Below, one piece after another: positions 61,244 through 64,000 of a DNA stretch of 64,000 nt. A program made the position numbers and the translations under genes. Source of the stretch: Macrostomum lignano. Its lineage: Eukaryota. The stretch is taken from contig NIVC01003969.1 of the NCBI GenBank assembly GCA_002269645.1, positions 1 through 64,000 of the forward strand, written 5' to 3'. Under the pieces are notes generated by a model that worked only from the letters and a program-made list of their open reading frames with translations, was not told where the DNA came from and did not search any database. Each line of letters begins with the position of its first letter. Position 1 is the first letter of the stretch.

Positions 61244-62530
61244 TTAAACTTTACTGGATGAATTGTTGATCATGTTAAGCTTCACCTTCCTCTCAAATGC
61301 ATAGATAATGTACAGGTCCACGGGTGTTGCGACAGTCCTCTCAATGTTAGTCACGATATTCACAGGGCTGTTATCAGTAGGCATTTGTCTGGCAGACACA
61401 TCAGCGCCAAACATCGGATATAGAGTTCCATATTGAAGAGCAGTGATAGCAATTCCATTGTTCTCTTTCACAGCCAAGTCGACCAACTCGCTGTAAAATT
61501 TGCTAATCTTGTTCTGACTGAAATCTCCATTTTGTGGCAGTGCAGGGTAAAGATTATCACTGATTTCATGCTGAATGGACCGCACGTCTCCATGCATGTA
61601 GCGTATAATGCTATTTGGGTTTCTCATATTAATAATGATATACCTTGGATTGCTGCATGATCCCTCTTTAATGCAGATATTTGTTCTAGTTTCGTTTCGC
61701 TCATCTCGACACATGTAGGCCGTGTATGCAACATCAATGTCCTTCTCTATTGCCTTAAGATAATCCGCTTTTAGTGCAGTCTTTGGCTCAATGACTTCCA
61801 AATACAGCTCGATTCCGGTTAGCTTCACCTCCATCCTAGTGTGGTCCGCCCCAGTCCACAACACTCTACTGCGATCATCTCTAGTCAGTCTAAATGTGTA
61901 GCTAAAGTTACTAGTCAGTCGATTAAATGTATTACAGAATCCACTCATGAATCTCAATGGTACAAATACATCAACAGACCGATACTGCGGGTTCTTAGCA
62001 GCATCATCAGCACCTTGCAATGCATAGTTGTATCTCTTCTTCCTATTTTTATAGCCACTGTCATTGATATCTCCTTCTTTTTCGTCTGCAATAAAACCCG
62101 CACCACTTCCCAATTGAATAAAATCAGTATTCTCGATCAAACAATGAGCGTCATAGACAATTCCAAAGTTGGCGATTCGCTCCAACTCAGTGCTCCCATT
62201 CGATACACTAAACTCCTTGAACATGTACGCCCAAAAGTTACTGATCAGAGCCACATCCGCATCATGCTTGTCAACGTTAGCACGAGCCGCATCCGCACCA
62301 CCCTTTGTCTTGAATTGAAATGTCATATGGAAGCCGCTCCTTAGACTGTGGACACTGACCAAAGACGAACATCCATTGTATGTAAATGTCAGTGTTTGGC
62401 CAGGACCAAGATTAGTTTCATTCTGATTTTCCTGACTGGGAACTCTTACCTGAGTCGCTTTGATTGTGCTATCATCACTCAAAATAGGCTTGTTAATTTT
62501 GTAGAAAACTGGTGTCAGTGGGTCGTTCAT
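61244..62530 (-). CDS. Major capsid protein (double jelly roll), 428 aa, intact
   Basis: DDSTI ... ISNFWAYMFKE..NG ... VPLRFMSGF..F..LTR ... PRYII ... YPALPQNGDF..Y ... GADVS ... YAFERKV follows the Polinton MCP pattern. Confidence 0.85.
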   Translation of the reverse strand: MNDPLTPVFYKINKPILSDDSTIKATQVRVPSQENQNETNLGPGQTLTFTYNGCSSLVSVHSLRSGFHMTFQFKTKGGADAARANVDKHDADVALISNFWAYMFKEFSVSNGSTELERIANFGIVYDAHCLIENTDFIQLGSGAGFIADEKEGDINDSGYKNRKKRYNYALQGADDAAKNPQYRSVDVFVPLRFMSGFCNTFNRLTSNFSYTFRLTRDDRSRVLWTGADHTRMEVKLTGIELYLEVIEPKTALKADYLKAIEKDIDVAYTAYMCRDERNETRTNICIKEGSCSNPRYIIINMRNPNSIIRYMHGDVRSIQHEISDNLYPALPQNGDFSQNKISKFYSELVDLAVKENNGIAITALQYGTLYPMFGADVSARQMPTDNSPVNIVTNIERTVATPVDLYIIYAFERKVKLNMINNSSSKV

Positions 62531-62560
62531 TTTTTAACTAAAAATAAAATAAAATAAGAA

Positions 62561-63738
62561 ATGAAGCGAAAAAGTACACAGCAGATATCTGAATTGGAGA
62601 AGCTAGCACAAGCAGAGAAACGAGTTACCGGGCTAATAAATAAGGAGCAACAATCCTACAATGAGTTTGTCCAAGCAGCCACCGAATTTCACAAACCCGG
62701 ATACACAGAAGCGAAGAAAAACCTCGACACTGTGAAGGAAGCAGTTGATGATATTCAAGAGAGCCACTTGCAAAACACATTGGGTAAAATCCCATCTTCA
62801 CCAGGACAACCACAGGCTCAGGAACCAGGACAACCGGTGCAGATGAAAGTGACGGATAACTTTTTTGGCCCCGTAGTGGATGATGGAAAATATATTTTTG
62901 GAATTAGCGCCTGGCGAAAAAATATTACCGGGGAACCGGCGGATTACAACATTGAAGTGACAAAGGAAAACATTTCAATCAATAAAGGCGCAAAAACTAA
63001 AAGAATCCAGTTCACTCAAACTTTACTTGATTACATGACTAAAAATCTAGAGAATACGTCTAAAAAGCAGCTCAAAAATTACAAAGATCTTGTTACCTTT
63101 GCTCTCGATAGGGATATAGATATGCTCAAGAACAACGGTGTTTTGAAAATTTTACATGAAAACGGGATTGTCTTGAACAGATTTAGAAAATACAAATACT
63201 TTAAACAATGGTTTGGTTTGCCGGATCAGGAAGAGGTCATAAGACAACAACCACAACAACAACAGCAACAACAGCAACCGCCACAACAGCAGCCACATTT
63301 ACAGAAGTACTCAGGCAACTGGAAAATGCAGATCCGACTCAAGTAGCTAAATATAAAAATGATCACCCAACAGACTGGCAACACTTAGAACAACACTCTC
63401 CAGATCGAATGAACAGAATCAAGCAAAGAGTTTTCACACCTCAACAAAGACAGGCGCCACATGACAGTTCCATCTCTGAAAGTGAGCAGTCTTTTGGATC
63501 ACCTCCCCAGCAGCCACAAGCCCAACCAACTCCACAACCCCAAGACCAACCACCCAAATCTGGAAAAGGAATAGCTGAAATCTACAAGCGAGTAGCGGTT
63601 CTTCTAGGAGCGGCAAAGACCGGAATGAAAGACGAGTATAGAAAAGAATTTGTCAACATCCTGGACAAAATGCTTGAGAGAAAATACATCGATAAGAGGG
63701 CGAGAGAGCTTCTGCTTTCGCGGTTCAACAAAAAATAA
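62561..63738 (+). CDS. Polinton conserved hypothetical protein(s): two overlapping frames (62561-63346, 63208-63738), possibly one frameshifted gene
   Basis: C-terminal RVAVLLGAAKTG..EFVNILDKMLERKYI resembles the conserved Polinton RL.LL.A..AGN..EI..I..EL motif. The overlap lies in a CAA/CAG tract. Confidence 0.6.
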
Positions 63739-63754
63739 TTTATTTCAAGTAAAA

Positions 63755-64000
63755 ATGCCACTTATTTTCGAAAAAGACATTGACAAATACTATGACAAAG
63801 AGGAACTTAATCTCATTAAACGCGGATCTGGACTTTTCCCTGCAGGCCACTATCCAAGAAAAGAACGCTCTGGGAATGGCCTTGCCGATTTGATCGCTCA
63901 GGGGGCTAAGATTTTTAAGGTCATTGGAGAGAACAAAGAGAACATCAAGAACGTTGCCGAAGCGGCTGGCAGTGTAGCCACAGCAGCCAAAAAGATTAAA
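63755..64000 (+). CDS. Viral ORF truncated by the window; GxG motifs followed by an amphipathic helix
   Basis: My translation is MPLIFEKDIDKYYDKEELNLIKRGSGLFPAGHYPRKERSGNGLADLIAQGAKIFKVIGENKENIK..., open to the end of the window. Confidence 0.6.
   Translation, partial: MPLIFEKDIDKYYDKEELNLIKRGSGLFPAGHYPRKERSGNGLADLIAQGAKIFKVIGENKENIKNVAEAAGSVATAAKKIK

Larger units (their letters stand above)
59465..64000. mobile_element. Polinton/Maverick (adintovirus-like) endogenous viral element, one end; it continues past the window
   Basis: Tandem MCP and mCP genes, tightly packed intronless ORFs, A-rich start contexts and subterminal repeats. The left boundary is a guess (AGTAGG at 59465). Confidence 0.8.

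Overview
Eukaryotic (invertebrate) genomic DNA. Intron-poor genes, dense mini/microsatellites and AG acceptors right before start codons resemble a free-living flatworm such as Macrostomum; this is an inference. From left to right the window holds: the 3' part of a near-intact Ty3/Gypsy element with its 3' LTR; a 2.2-kb Crypton-like tyrosine-recombinase element with a hairpin left end, inserted into a tRNA-SINE inside an almost CpG-free domain; four plus-strand host genes (a repeat-rich disordered protein, a spinster MFS transporter, MRPL50, SREK1IP1); a minus-strand GT32-like gene with duplicated first exons; a long satellite block containing a decayed Penelope-like element; an intronless Slo1/BK channel; two small unknown genes; a peptide-type GPCR; and the first exon of a type II membrane protein. 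From about 59.5 kb to the window end lies a Polinton/Maverick (adintovirus-like) endogenous virus with intact major and minor capsid ORFs. All family assignments come from recognising motifs by eye; no database searches were run.
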